64,000 bases of DNA from Acidimicrobiales bacterium (lineage in GTDB: Bacteria > Actinomycetota > Acidimicrobiia > Acidimicrobiales > RAAP-2): assembly GCA_036521415.1 (NCBI GenBank), contig DATDHU010000154.1:10741-74740 (forward strand), read 5' to 3'. Under the pieces are notes generated by a model. It was given only the letters and a program-made list of their open reading frames with translations, was not told where the DNA came from and did not search any database. Position numbers and translations under genes: made by a program. The stretch's first letter is position 1. Each line of letters starts with the position of its first letter. Below, piece by piece: positions 36,369-45,423 of the stretch.

Positions 36369-37188
36369 CTAATCGAGCGCCATTGCCGCGTGCAGGGCGA
36401 TGCCCGTCGTCATAGCCGCCTCGTCGAGCACCATCCGGCTGGAGTGGTTGGGGGCCGGGTGAGCCACCCCACGCGGCGCCCCGCCGAGGAAGGCCATCGA
36501 CCCGGGGACCCGTTGCAGCACGTAGGACCAGTCTCCGGCGCCCGTGACCGGGTTCGGCATGCGAGCGACCCCGGCTTCGCCGATGAACTGGGCGGCGACC
36601 CGCAGGGTCCGTTCGGTGGCGGCCTCGTCGTTGACCGTGACCGGATAGTTGCACCCGAGCCAGGCCACGTCGGCTGTACATCCATCGGCCTGGGCCACAT
36701 GCCCGGCCACCCGCCCCAGCCCAGCCACGACGAGATCCCTCGACCGGTCCGATACGGCCCGGACCGTGCCGTTGCACACCGCCGTCTCGGGGATGACGTC
36801 GAAGGCCGTTCCGGCATGAATCTCGGTCACGGTGAGCACGGCGGGATCGAAGACAGGCACGCGCCACGTCACCATCGACTGGAGGGCGGTGACGATCTCA
36901 CAGGCCACGGGAACCGGGTCGGTCGCGTCGTGTGGCATCGATGCGTGCCCTCCGGCACCTCGCACCGTGATGCGGAACTCGTCGGCCGATACCAGCAGCG
37001 TCCCGACCCGGGTGAACACCATGCCCGTCGGGAGCAAGGGTGAGGTGAATGGCGAAGGCCCGGTCGATGCTCCCGTAGTCCTGGAGCAGACCCTCGTCGA
37101 GCATCAACTTGGCGCCGCGCTGGAACATGAACACGACCTTGCGGGTCTCCCCAGGGTACGGACCGGCGGTCGGCATCGCTACGATCAA
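36369..37188 (-). pseudogene. M20D amidohydrolase (hippurate hydrolase/aminoacylase-like), 5'-truncated and frameshifted
   Basis: The C-terminal ~220 aa are intact (FRITVRGAGGHASMPHDATDPV.., GAGDWSYVL, APNHSSRMVLDE). The upstream piece (..KVVFMFQ..DEGLLQDYGSIDRAFAIHL) is in another frame, with the shift near 37030. The ~100-aa N-terminal metal-binding region is absent. Confidence 0.65.
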
Positions 37189-38170
37189 CGCTGTGCCTGT
37201 GCCCGGTCCGATCGGCGAGCCCGGTGTCGCTCGGCTACGGCGGCTTGCCGAGGAGCTCGAGGAAAGCGGACTGCAACCCGACGGGCCCGAGGGGTTCCCG
37301 GCGATCCTCGTGGAAGAGATCGATTACGCACTCCGTCCGCCCGTCCACGAGCGGCGGGTGGTCAGCAGCGGCACGATCCTCGATCCCCGGTCCGATCCGG
37401 CCACCTGGGCATCGGGGACGCAGCTCGACATCAGCCGCCAGGCGCTGAACCAACAGCCCCTCACGGCGGCCCGCCGCTTCGCCGACGGGCTCTCGAGCTG
37501 GCTCCTGCGCCGACCGGACGGCATCACCGAGTGGATGGTCCTCGATCGCCCCGCCGGATCGGAACGGGACCTCGTCGTACTGGCCGGCGTGCTCGAGGCC
37601 ACCATCGTGCAGCGGCACCCGGCAGGATCGGTGCGGGTCGTCGGAGAATTCGGTGTGCTCCGCTGGGAGGGCTTCAGTTGGCACCACGAGCCGCCGGTCG
37701 CCAGTTGGATCGACGGGATCACAGCCAGTGAGGTTCACGGCGATCCCAGAGTTCTCGAGGCCATGCTCGAGTTCGCCGTGCACGACCTGGGCTCGCTCGG
37801 CATCGGGTCCTTGCTCATCTATCGGCCCCAAGCCCAGCCCGGTCCACCGGTCGAGGAACGACTCCCGATACCGCCGCCCCTTCGGATCCGCTGGGCCGCC
37901 CACCTCGCGCCGCTCCGCCACGCCCTGGCCCAGATCGACGGTGCCGCCATCTTCGACGCGCTGGGCGTGCTGCGCCGGCTCGGCGTGCGCTTGGTGCCCA
38001 GCACGACGGCCGAAGCGACGGTGGAGCCGTTCGGCGGCACTCGCCACACCTCCGGCCGTCGCTACAGCCATGACGACCCGTTGGCCACCGTGATCGCGGT
38101 GAGCGAAGACGGCCCGGTCTCGGTGCTCCGCAACGGCGAGGTGCTCGGCCGCTCGCGCAACGGTCAGTGA
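37109..38170 (+). CDS. DAC (DisA_N, diadenylate-cyclase fold) domain protein with an unrecognised ~200-aa N-terminal domain
   Basis: The C-terminal ~130 aa align by eye to DisA_N: GIGSLLIY, QIDGAAIF (DGA motif), GGTRHTSGRRY (RHR motif reads RHT) and VIAVSEDGPVSV. The start is uncertain: TTG 37109, ATG 37127 or GTG 37193/37199. Confidence 0.7.
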   Translation: MAPRWNMNTTLRVSPGYGPAVGIATINAVPVPGPIGEPGVARLRRLAEELEESGLQPDGPEGFPAILVEEIDYALRPPVHERRVVSSGTILDPRSDPATWASGTQLDISRQALNQQPLTAARRFADGLSSWLLRRPDGITEWMVLDRPAGSERDLVVLAGVLEATIVQRHPAGSVRVVGEFGVLRWEGFSWHHEPPVASWIDGITASEVHGDPRVLEAMLEFAVHDLGSLGIGSLLIYRPQAQPGPPVEERLPIPPPLRIRWAAHLAPLRHALAQIDGAAIFDALGVLRRLGVRLVPSTTAEATVEPFGGTRHTSGRRYSHDDPLATVIAVSEDGPVSVLRNGEVLGRSRNGQ

Positions 38171-38299
38171 CCGCACGGGCGAGCTGCGTGACACCATCCG
38201 AACCGTGCCGTTCACGCCGGGCAGACCGGTTTCGCGACGGCGCGAGGCTCTCCCGTTCCGCCTGGGCATCGGGCCCGGCCTCGGAGTACCTTTCAGTCC

Positions 38300-38692
38300 G
38301 TGGCTGACTCCTCCGGCTCGCCCCAGACAAGCGGCTCCTGGGCCACCAGGGGCGATCCTGCCGCGGTGGCCGCAGCGCTGAAGGAGGCCGGCCGGGCCCT
38401 CGGGGGGAAGGTCTCAGCCGAGCGCAACAACCTGATCGACATGACGTTCGGGTCACGGACCGGCTATCGCCTCTTGGGCACGATCGCATCGGTCCGCAGG
38501 AGACCGGTGATCCTACGGGTGTCGGTCGATGTCGCGTCCACCGATGTGGCGATGGTCACGGTCACGGCACTCAACGACCCTGGCCGCTACGCCGTCCAGG
38601 TGTCGTCGTTCTCGAGCCGCCAGTTCGCAAAAGCATGTTCCCGGCTCTTGAACGGCCTTCGGGAGGCCGCCCCTCCCATGGACCGGGTCTGA
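38300..38692 (+). CDS. hypothetical 130-aa protein
   Basis: GTG start, no recognisable motif. Its stop lies 4 nt before the nucleosidase start, which suggests co-translation. Confidence 0.5.
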   Translation: MADSSGSPQTSGSWATRGDPAAVAAALKEAGRALGGKVSAERNNLIDMTFGSRTGYRLLGTIASVRRRPVILRVSVDVASTDVAMVTVTALNDPGRYAVQVSSFSSRQFAKACSRLLNGLREAAPPMDRV

Positions 38693-38696
38693 GCCC

Positions 38697-39425
38697 GTGC
38701 CGCCCCGCCACGTCGTCGTCCTGGCGCCCATGCCGCTCGAGATGGAGGCCGTCGTAGCCGCCTTCGGGCTCAGCCCCACGAGCGACGAACTGGGCGCACC
38801 GGCTGACGGCCGCGTCGGCACCTCGGCCGTAACCGCTCTCCACATCGGCATGGGACCCTCCTCGACACGAGCGGCGATGTCCCGGTTGTTCGATACGGCC
38901 GATCCTGACCGGGTGCCGGTCGATCACGTGATCATCGCCGGCATCTGCGGCGGTCTCGACCCCGATCTCGGCGTCGGCACCCTCGTGAATCCGGAGTTGG
39001 TCATCGACCACACGAGCGGGGCCTCCTACCGCCATGACCCACCGGGGGACGCACCGCGGGCGGGGAAGCTCGTCACCACCGAGGGGGTGAGCTTCGACCG
39101 CCAACTGAGCCTGCAGTTCTTCCAGGAGGGCTGCCTCGGGGTGGACATGGAATCCTCGGCGGTGGCCGAGGTGTGCGAAGCCCACGGGTGCCCTTGGTCG
39201 GTCTACCGGTGCATCAGCGACCGGCATTTCGACGACCTCCTCGACGAGCGGATCGTTGCGATGACCAACCCTGACGGCTCGGCCAATTTGGACGAAGTCG
39301 AACGACTCATGGCCGCCGATCCCGAGCTGGCCGGGAAGCTCGAGCGCCTGGCCCGCGACACCACGCTCGCGGCCCGGCTCGCAGCCGAAGCCGCATTTCG
39401 GGGGTGCGTTGCCCTCGACGGCTGA
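38697..39425 (+). CDS. PNP_UDP_1 family nucleosidase (MTAN / futalosine hydrolase / HpnG-like)
   Basis: VVVLAPMPLEMEA, IIAGICGGLDPDL, GVDMESSAVAEV and VYRCISDRHFDD. Paralogous to the HpnG half at 2731..4212. Confidence 0.8.
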   Translation: MPPRHVVVLAPMPLEMEAVVAAFGLSPTSDELGAPADGRVGTSAVTALHIGMGPSSTRAAMSRLFDTADPDRVPVDHVIIAGICGGLDPDLGVGTLVNPELVIDHTSGASYRHDPPGDAPRAGKLVTTEGVSFDRQLSLQFFQEGCLGVDMESSAVAEVCEAHGCPWSVYRCISDRHFDDLLDERIVAMTNPDGSANLDEVERLMAADPELAGKLERLARDTTLAARLAAEAAFRGCVALDG

Positions 39426-39636
39426 CAGGACCGTTGCCCTCGGAGTCGAGTGGTGTCGGCATCGTGCCCGACTGAGGACATCGACAACCCGACAATAGAA
39501 GGTCGGCATCGACGCGCTGGCGCTGTCACCGTTTGGACATGGATCTGCGCGGGTATCTTCTGATTTGTCACATTCCCGTTGCCTTCGGGGGACCGAATGC
39601 ACTACAACGGATTCGACGGCAATCGGATCGGGGGGC

Positions 39637-40872
39637 ATGAAAATGGTCGGAAAAGGTGTGGGCCTGACGGGTGGACGCGCCGTGGTGAAACGGGGACGCG
39701 CAGTGGCAACGCTCGGGCTGGTCGGCGGGCTGCTTGGATCGGTGGTGGGTGTCGGAATCAGCGGTCTTTCGGCGTCGGCGGCCTCGACCCCGTCCGTGTC
39801 GGTGAAGACATTCACCAACAACTTCTCCGCTATGAAGAGCCTGACGTCCTTGACCAAGTCGGGCAAGGGCAAGGTGGCCGTCATTCTCCCCGACACCGTT
39901 TCGTCGGCCCGTTATACGCAATTCGACGCCCCGTACCTGACCAAGGCGCTCCAAACCGCCGGGCTGCCGACGTCCCAGTTCAGCGTGCAGAACGCCCAGG
40001 GGAGCGACACGACGCAGCTGACCGACGCGCAGTCGGCCGTCGCCGGAGGCGCCAGCGTCCTCGTCGTGGACCCGCTCGATTCGGGTGTCGGCGCATCGAT
40101 CGAGACGTACGCCAAGAGCCACGGCGTGGCGGTGGTCGACTACGACCGACTCACCCTCGGGGGGAGCCGCCAGTACTACGTGAGCTTCAACAATGTGAAC
40201 GTGGGCACCCTGTTGGGGAAGGGGATGGTCAGCTGCGTTACCGCCTGGAAAGTCTCCAAGCCGAACGTCGCCGTTATGGTCGGCTCGCCCACCGACAACA
40301 ACGCCACACTGTTTGCCCAGGGCTACAACGCGGTGATGAATCCGAAGTTCAAGTCTGGCGCATGGACATTAGCGGTACGGCCCGCCGGGACGTGGGACCC
40401 GCCCACTGCCGAGACGGAGTTCCAGCAGGCGCTTACGGCCCACCCGGGCATGAACGCCGTGCTCGTCCCCAATGACGACAACGCCGCCCCGATCATCACC
40501 TACCTGAAGACGCTGAACATTCCGGCCAACAAGTTCCCGGTGACGGGGCAGGATGCCAGCACAGTGGGATTGCAGAACGTCATCTCGGGGTACCAATGTG
40601 GCACTGTGTACAAGCCGATCTACCTCGAGGCCCAGGCCGCTGCCGCTCTTGCCCTCTACCTGCGAGCGGGTAAGACCCCGCCCAGTGGACTCGTGAACGG
40701 TTCGACCACGGACACGCAGTCGAACACCAAGGTCCCGTCCTCGTTGCTGACGCCTCAGTGGGTGACTCCGACCAACGTGGAGTCCACGGTTGTGAAGGAC
40801 AACTTCGTCACGGCGAGCGCGATCTGCACGGGAGCCTTTGCCGCTGACTGCACCAAGTACGGCATCAAGTAG
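39637..40872 (+). CDS. sugar ABC transporter substrate-binding protein (XylF-like)
   Basis: ATG 39637 follows GGGGGG. A signal sequence is followed by KVAVILPDTVSSARY, VLVVDPLDSG, AVVDYDRL and YYVSFNNVNVG. Confidence 0.85.
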   Translation: MKMVGKGVGLTGGRAVVKRGRAVATLGLVGGLLGSVVGVGISGLSASAASTPSVSVKTFTNNFSAMKSLTSLTKSGKGKVAVILPDTVSSARYTQFDAPYLTKALQTAGLPTSQFSVQNAQGSDTTQLTDAQSAVAGGASVLVVDPLDSGVGASIETYAKSHGVAVVDYDRLTLGGSRQYYVSFNNVNVGTLLGKGMVSCVTAWKVSKPNVAVMVGSPTDNNATLFAQGYNAVMNPKFKSGAWTLAVRPAGTWDPPTAETEFQQALTAHPGMNAVLVPNDDNAAPIITYLKTLNIPANKFPVTGQDASTVGLQNVISGYQCGTVYKPIYLEAQAAAALALYLRAGKTPPSGLVNGSTTDTQSNTKVPSSLLTPQWVTPTNVESTVVKDNFVTASAICTGAFAADCTKYGIK

Positions 40873-40890
40873 GGGTCTGCGGCGGCCGCA

Positions 40891-41733
40891 GTGGTGACCG
40901 ACGTCGTAGGCACGGGTAGCCCGACAGAGTACGCGCATGATGAAGGCTCCCTGCTGAGCTTGCGCGGCATCTCTAAGAGCTTCGGTGCGGTCCAGGCCCT
41001 CCGGGACGTCAACTTCGATGTGGCGCCGGGAAAGGTCACGGCTCTCGTCGGCGACAATGGTGCCGGCAAATCCACGCTGATCAAGACGATCTCGGGGATC
41101 TGGCAGCCCAGTGGAGGCGAGATCTTCTGGAAGGGCAAACCGGCCAACGTCCGGACGCCTCGAGATGCGGATGCACTGGGGATCGCCACCGTCTACCAGG
41201 ACCTAGCGCTGTGCGACAACCTGGATATCGTCCAGAACATGTACCTCGGGCACGAGGAGCTTCGATTCGGCCTGCTGGACGAGAACAAGATGGAGATCAC
41301 CGCCCGCCAGGTCCTCACCGACCTGTCGGTCACCACGGTGCAGTCGATCCGCCAACCGGTGGGGTCGCTCTCGGGCGGCCAGCGGCAGGCCGTGGCTGTG
41401 GCCCGGGCCGTGATGCGCGACGCACAACTGGTCGTCATGGACGAGCCAACTGCGGCGCTCGGCGTGTCGCAGACCGCCCAGGTCCTCGACCTGATCAAAA
41501 GGCTGGCGGCCCGGGAGATCGCTGTCCTGGTGATCTCGCACAACCTGAACGACGTGTTCGCGGTGGCCGATCGGATAGCGGTGCTCCGGCTCGGGCACCT
41601 GGTGAGCAGTGGGCCCGTCGAGGACTATGACACCCAGAGCACGGTCGAGTTGATCACGACGGGGAGGCTGGATCGCAGCGCGGCCAACTCGGGAGACGGC
41701 AACAGGCCTCCTAGCAGCGACTCGGAGGGGTGA
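40891..41733 (+). CDS. sugar ABC transporter ATP-binding protein (single NBD)
   Basis: Walker A GDNGAGKST, signature LSGGQRQ, Walker B LVVMDEPT. Confidence 0.9.
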   Translation: MVTDVVGTGSPTEYAHDEGSLLSLRGISKSFGAVQALRDVNFDVAPGKVTALVGDNGAGKSTLIKTISGIWQPSGGEIFWKGKPANVRTPRDADALGIATVYQDLALCDNLDIVQNMYLGHEELRFGLLDENKMEITARQVLTDLSVTTVQSIRQPVGSLSGGQRQAVAVARAVMRDAQLVVMDEPTAALGVSQTAQVLDLIKRLAAREIAVLVISHNLNDVFAVADRIAVLRLGHLVSSGPVEDYDTQSTVELITTGRLDRSAANSGDGNRPPSSDSEG

Positions 41734-41737
41734 GACG

Positions 41738-43063
41738 ATGACAACAACGCCCAAGACCCCCTCTGCCACCGAACCGTCCGACGACATCGACGCTGACGCA
41801 GCCGCCCCGGCCGATCCCGGGCACCTCGGGGGCATCCCCATGCCCGAGGCGCTGCCCGACTCGACCTTCGGCCAGTACGCCGCCGCCTGGGCCAAGCGCA
41901 TCCGGTACGGCGAGAGCGGCGTCCTCCCCGTCGTGGCCGGACTCATCGTCCTGGTGGTGATCTTTCAGGTCCAGGACTCGATCTTCCTTTCGGCCGGCAA
42001 CATCACCAACCTGCTCATCCAGGGGACGGTCTTCATCCTCCTCGGAATGGCCGAGGTCTGGGTGCTGGTCCTCGGCGAGATCGACCTCTCGGTCGGGTTT
42101 GTCGCCGGCATCGGGGCGGTGATCACCGCCATCCTCGTCGCACCACCAAACAACCTGCCCTGGTGGGCGGCCATCATCCTCGGGCTGTTGGCGACCTCCG
42201 CCATCGGCGCGCTCCAAGGGCTCCTGGTCATCAAGATCGGATTGCCCTCCTTCGTGGTCACCCTGGCCGGCCTGCTCGGCTGGGAGGGAGTCCTCATCTA
42301 CCTGGTCAACGGGCATGGCACCGGCGGCACCATCACCATTGCAAACAACGTCATCCTCGACCTGGTGAACGGCAACCTCAGCCCCGCGGCGGGATGGATC
42401 GTCATGGTGGCATCCGTCGCCGTCTTCGCCGTGTTCACCATCTTCCGGGACCGGCGGCGTCATGCCAGTGGCCTCGTGGCGCCCCCGTTGGCCATCACCA
42501 TTCTCAAAGTGGCCGTGATGGCTGCAGCCGGGGTGGCCCTCGTCCTCATCTGCAATACCAACCGGAGCAAGTTCGCCGTCCTCAGCGGTGTGCCCTATGC
42601 CGTGATCATCGTGGCCGCCTTCGTGGTCGCCTGGACGTTCTTGCTGACCCGCACGCGCTTCGGCCGCTACATGTACGCCATCGGCGGGAACGCCGAGGCG
42701 GCCCGGCGAGGCGGCGTGAGCCTCGGGTGGAACCGCTTCTGGGCCTTTACCCTCACCGGCCTGACGGCCGGCGCAGCCGGGATCCTCTATGCCTCGAGGC
42801 TCGGTTCGATCTCCAACAACATCGACGGGGGCACCCTGGTGCTCTATGCGGTGGCCGCTGCAGTGATCGGCGGCACGAGCCTGTTCGGCGGTCGGGGCAA
42901 GATGGTGCATGCCCTCCTCGGGGGCCTCGTCATCGCCACCATCTACAACGGCCTCGGGCTGCTCGGCATCAGCGCAGCCACGCAGTTCATGGTGACGGCA
43001 TTGGTGCTCCTCGCCGCGGTGGCCATCGACGCTCTCGCCCGCCGCGGCCGCGCCGCCCGCTGA
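41738..43063 (+). CDS. sugar ABC transporter permease (XylH/BPD_transp_2 type)
   Basis: 441 aa, ~10-12 TM segments, GGTSLFGGRGK signature near the C-terminus. Confidence 0.85.
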   Translation: MTTTPKTPSATEPSDDIDADAAAPADPGHLGGIPMPEALPDSTFGQYAAAWAKRIRYGESGVLPVVAGLIVLVVIFQVQDSIFLSAGNITNLLIQGTVFILLGMAEVWVLVLGEIDLSVGFVAGIGAVITAILVAPPNNLPWWAAIILGLLATSAIGALQGLLVIKIGLPSFVVTLAGLLGWEGVLIYLVNGHGTGGTITIANNVILDLVNGNLSPAAGWIVMVASVAVFAVFTIFRDRRRHASGLVAPPLAITILKVAVMAAAGVALVLICNTNRSKFAVLSGVPYAVIIVAAFVVAWTFLLTRTRFGRYMYAIGGNAEAARRGGVSLGWNRFWAFTLTGLTAGAAGILYASRLGSISNNIDGGTLVLYAVAAAVIGGTSLFGGRGKMVHALLGGLVIATIYNGLGLLGISAATQFMVTALVLLAAVAIDALARRGRAAR

Positions 43064-43075
43064 GCCAGAGGCCGA

Positions 43076-43106
43076 CCCGGCTCACACCGAATCGGACCGA
43101 GCCGGG
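43076..43106. terminator. hairpin between convergent genes (8-bp stem, 15-nt loop)
   Basis: CCCGGCTC (43076-43083) pairs with GAGCCGGG (43099-43106). Confidence 0.35.
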
Positions 43107-43112
43107 CCTGGG

Positions 43113-44012
43113 TCAGCCAAAGAAGGCGAAAGCGCGGGTCTCGACGCTGGCCCGGGTGGCGACGCCGGGGGGACAACTCGGGTCGTCGAAGGCCGTGTGT
43201 GCCACCCGCGACGGACAATCGCTGTCGCTGTCGTGAGCCTTGAACACCAGCACCTCGTCCGGAGTCATATCCCGGAAGTAGCACCAGCGATGGTCCTCGC
43301 TGTAGCAGTAGCCGGTGGTGTCGTGGCGGATGTCGCCCGAGAGCTCGGTGGTCACGGCGGTCACCGTCACCTCATCGCCTGGCGCGATCGTCCGAGCATC
43401 GCAGACGGCCAGGGGAATGTCCTGGGGCGGCGGGGTGACCGCCCGCCACATGTTGTACGCCGCCCATCGTGGGTAGCCGTCCACGTCGAAGGCATCGGTG
43501 ACGACCCCCAGGAGCCCGACCACAGAATGGTCGGTGTTATCGGCGTGGGGGTAGCGCGCCGGCTTGGCGTTGGGAAGGCCCGAGAGCTTGTCGACCTCTC
43601 CTTCGCCGTAGCGCTTCTTTCCGGCCGACATCACCACGACCAGGTCGGCACCGGTCACCTCAGTGAGCAGGGCAGCCATCTCGTGGGCGTAGTGCTGGTC
43701 GACGAGCGGATGGACCTGGATCATGTCGAAGTTCGACACGGCGCTCCGGTGGTCGACGAGGACGAAGCCGTTCCGGTCGAGATCGAGGGTGTCCCGCTCC
43801 GGCCTCGTGTTGTGGATCCACACTGACTGCCCGGAAGCGAGCTCCATCGTGGAGCGGGTGTCGTCCTCGCTCCAGAACTCGAGCGTGGCGCCGGCATCGT
43901 CGCTGCGGTTGAGGAGGTAGTTGACCTCACCGCGTACTTTTTCGACCTCGGCTGAGGCGATGGTCACTCTGCGCTCCTCTTCTTGTTCCAACACGGCTCT
44001 TCTGGTTCCCAC
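43113..44012 (-). CDS. CmcJ/NvfI family oxidoreductase-like protein
   Basis: 299 aa. The pattern ..LDRNGFVLVDHRSAVSNF..YAHEMAALL..ARYPHADNT..YNMWRAV.. resembles the CmcJ family. Assigned by eye. Confidence 0.55.
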   Translation of the reverse strand: MGTRRAVLEQEEERRVTIASAEVEKVRGEVNYLLNRSDDAGATLEFWSEDDTRSTMELASGQSVWIHNTRPERDTLDLDRNGFVLVDHRSAVSNFDMIQVHPLVDQHYAHEMAALLTEVTGADLVVVMSAGKKRYGEGEVDKLSGLPNAKPARYPHADNTDHSVVGLLGVVTDAFDVDGYPRWAAYNMWRAVTPPPQDIPLAVCDARTIAPGDEVTVTAVTTELSGDIRHDTTGYCYSEDHRWCYFRDMTPDEVLVFKAHDSDSDCPSRVAHTAFDDPSCPPGVATRASVETRAFAFFG

Positions 44013-44096
44013 ACGATTCGTGTCCCGATATGGCCCTGGGCGCTATCTGTAGGTTTCCACGTCGCCCTCGTGCAATCGAGCAGCGGCCTTCCCTAC

Positions 44097-44294
44097 CTAC
44101 CGCCTCCTCCGGCTCCCGGACAGCCCCACGGCCCGAAGGAACGACCCGGTGGCCTTGTTGGTCTGGCGGTAGACAGCTCTGCGCGCATCACGCTTGGCCA
44201 GCCCTTCGACGCCGCCGTTCTTCACCGCCTCGACGTTGCCCATGTCGCGGGCCGCCCGATACAGCTGGCTCCGGAAGGTCCGCTTACGTGCCAT
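44097..44294 (-). CDS. small basic protein (65 aa), function unknown
   Basis: GAGGAA lies upstream of the ATG. MARKRTFRSQLYRAARDMGNVEAVKNGG..; very Arg/Lys-rich. Confidence 0.5.
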   Translation of the reverse strand: MARKRTFRSQLYRAARDMGNVEAVKNGGVEGLAKRDARRAVYRQTNKATGSFLRAVGLSGSRRRR

Positions 44295-44434
44295 CTGGGT
44301 TCCTCATCATCGGGCCATTCTGCCCGACGGGTGTGTGGGGTGCCTCGACAACCGATCCGCTGTTACAGCCATCACCTGACCTGAGGACCCCACTCGCCCA
44401 GCATTCCGGGCCACAAGGAACCAATGCCCAGGCT

Positions 44435-45097
44435 TTATGCGCTGGTGGTGGCCGTTTCCGCCCGCCGGGCGGCGCGAACCAGTGGGTTGACCTCGGGTGG
44501 GCTGATCCTGGACAAGGTGTTGCGGTCGGTGTGGCTGAACTGCTCCTCCCGGCCCGGGATCTGCAGTATTCCCTCCTCCGCGTACGACCACGTCCCGTCG
44601 TCGTTCACCGTCACGTGGATCCGATAGCTGAGGGTACGGAAGGACTGGTCGAGGAAGGGGTTGGACAGGATGCCGTAGACCTCGGAACCGAGGGTCGCCG
44701 TCAGCTCGAAGTCGGTAGCGTCGGCCGTGGCCGAGCCCGAGGCCAGAAGCGCCTGGGCCCGGGGGATGCCGAGCGTGAGGGTGACCGCTTCGGCTGCGGG
44801 CTCCCAGAGCCAGTAGCCCACCTGGTCGTGGAACGTCTCGGCCTCACCCGGCTTGGTGATGTGGGTGTGGTACCTCAGGCCGTAGAAGAGCTGCGGGCCG
44901 TTCGTCTGGCGGTCGATGGGCTGCAGCTCGTAGTGCTCGACGAAGGTGTCGTGCTCGGTGCCCTCGACGACAGGGTGCTGGTCGGAACCCTTGGTCCCCT
45001 CCCAGACGCCGGCCATCGGGCCCAGGGGCCCAAGGTTCGCCAGGGTATCGGGGTCCCCGTCCGGCTCGGTGTAGATGTCAGGTCCGTACATGGTCAC
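44435..45097 (-). CDS. nitrobindin/THAP4-like heme-binding beta-barrel (FABP family) protein
   Basis: LGPLGPMAGVWEG.KG.., YGLRYHT.., HDQVGYWLWEPA and two barrel halves; 220 aa. Confidence 0.65.
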   Translation of the reverse strand: MTMYGPDIYTEPDGDPDTLANLGPLGPMAGVWEGTKGSDQHPVVEGTEHDTFVEHYELQPIDRQTNGPQLFYGLRYHTHITKPGEAETFHDQVGYWLWEPAAEAVTLTLGIPRAQALLASGSATADATDFELTATLGSEVYGILSNPFLDQSFRTLSYRIHVTVNDDGTWSYAEEGILQIPGREEQFSHTDRNTLSRISPPEVNPLVRAARRAETATTSA

Positions 45098-45423
45098 TGC
45101 GGCACCTCCCGCCCGTCCCGTAGTCGCTCCGATCCAGCCTCGTGTCCGTCCGCGCCCACGGTGGCGGCCCCGAGATTGACGGGAGTGAGATTATCCGCAG
45201 TGAGAGGGACGCACCTGACTCGGAGTACGTGGATCGCCGACGAGCTCTGTGGTGGACATGGGGGCGTGGCACGTCAATCCGAGTCATACCGCGCCACCAG
45301 ACAGGCCTTGCCAGCAACTTCGCGGGCTACCATGACTCGAATGGTCACAATGCGCATCCGTGTCGTCGGCACAGTGCACGGCATTGGCTCCGGTCGAGAC
45401 GTCGACACGATCACCCCGTTGGC

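Noticed and set aside
38571-39896. 441-aa minus-strand ORF spanning the nucleosidase gene and the ABC-transporter promoter region
   Set aside because: It is antisense to two well-supported plus-strand genes, crosses an intergenic region, and has shadow-ORF composition.
41711-42910. 399-aa minus-strand ORF
   Set aside because: It is antisense to the ABC permease. The His/Asp/Gly/Pro-rich translation has no motifs.
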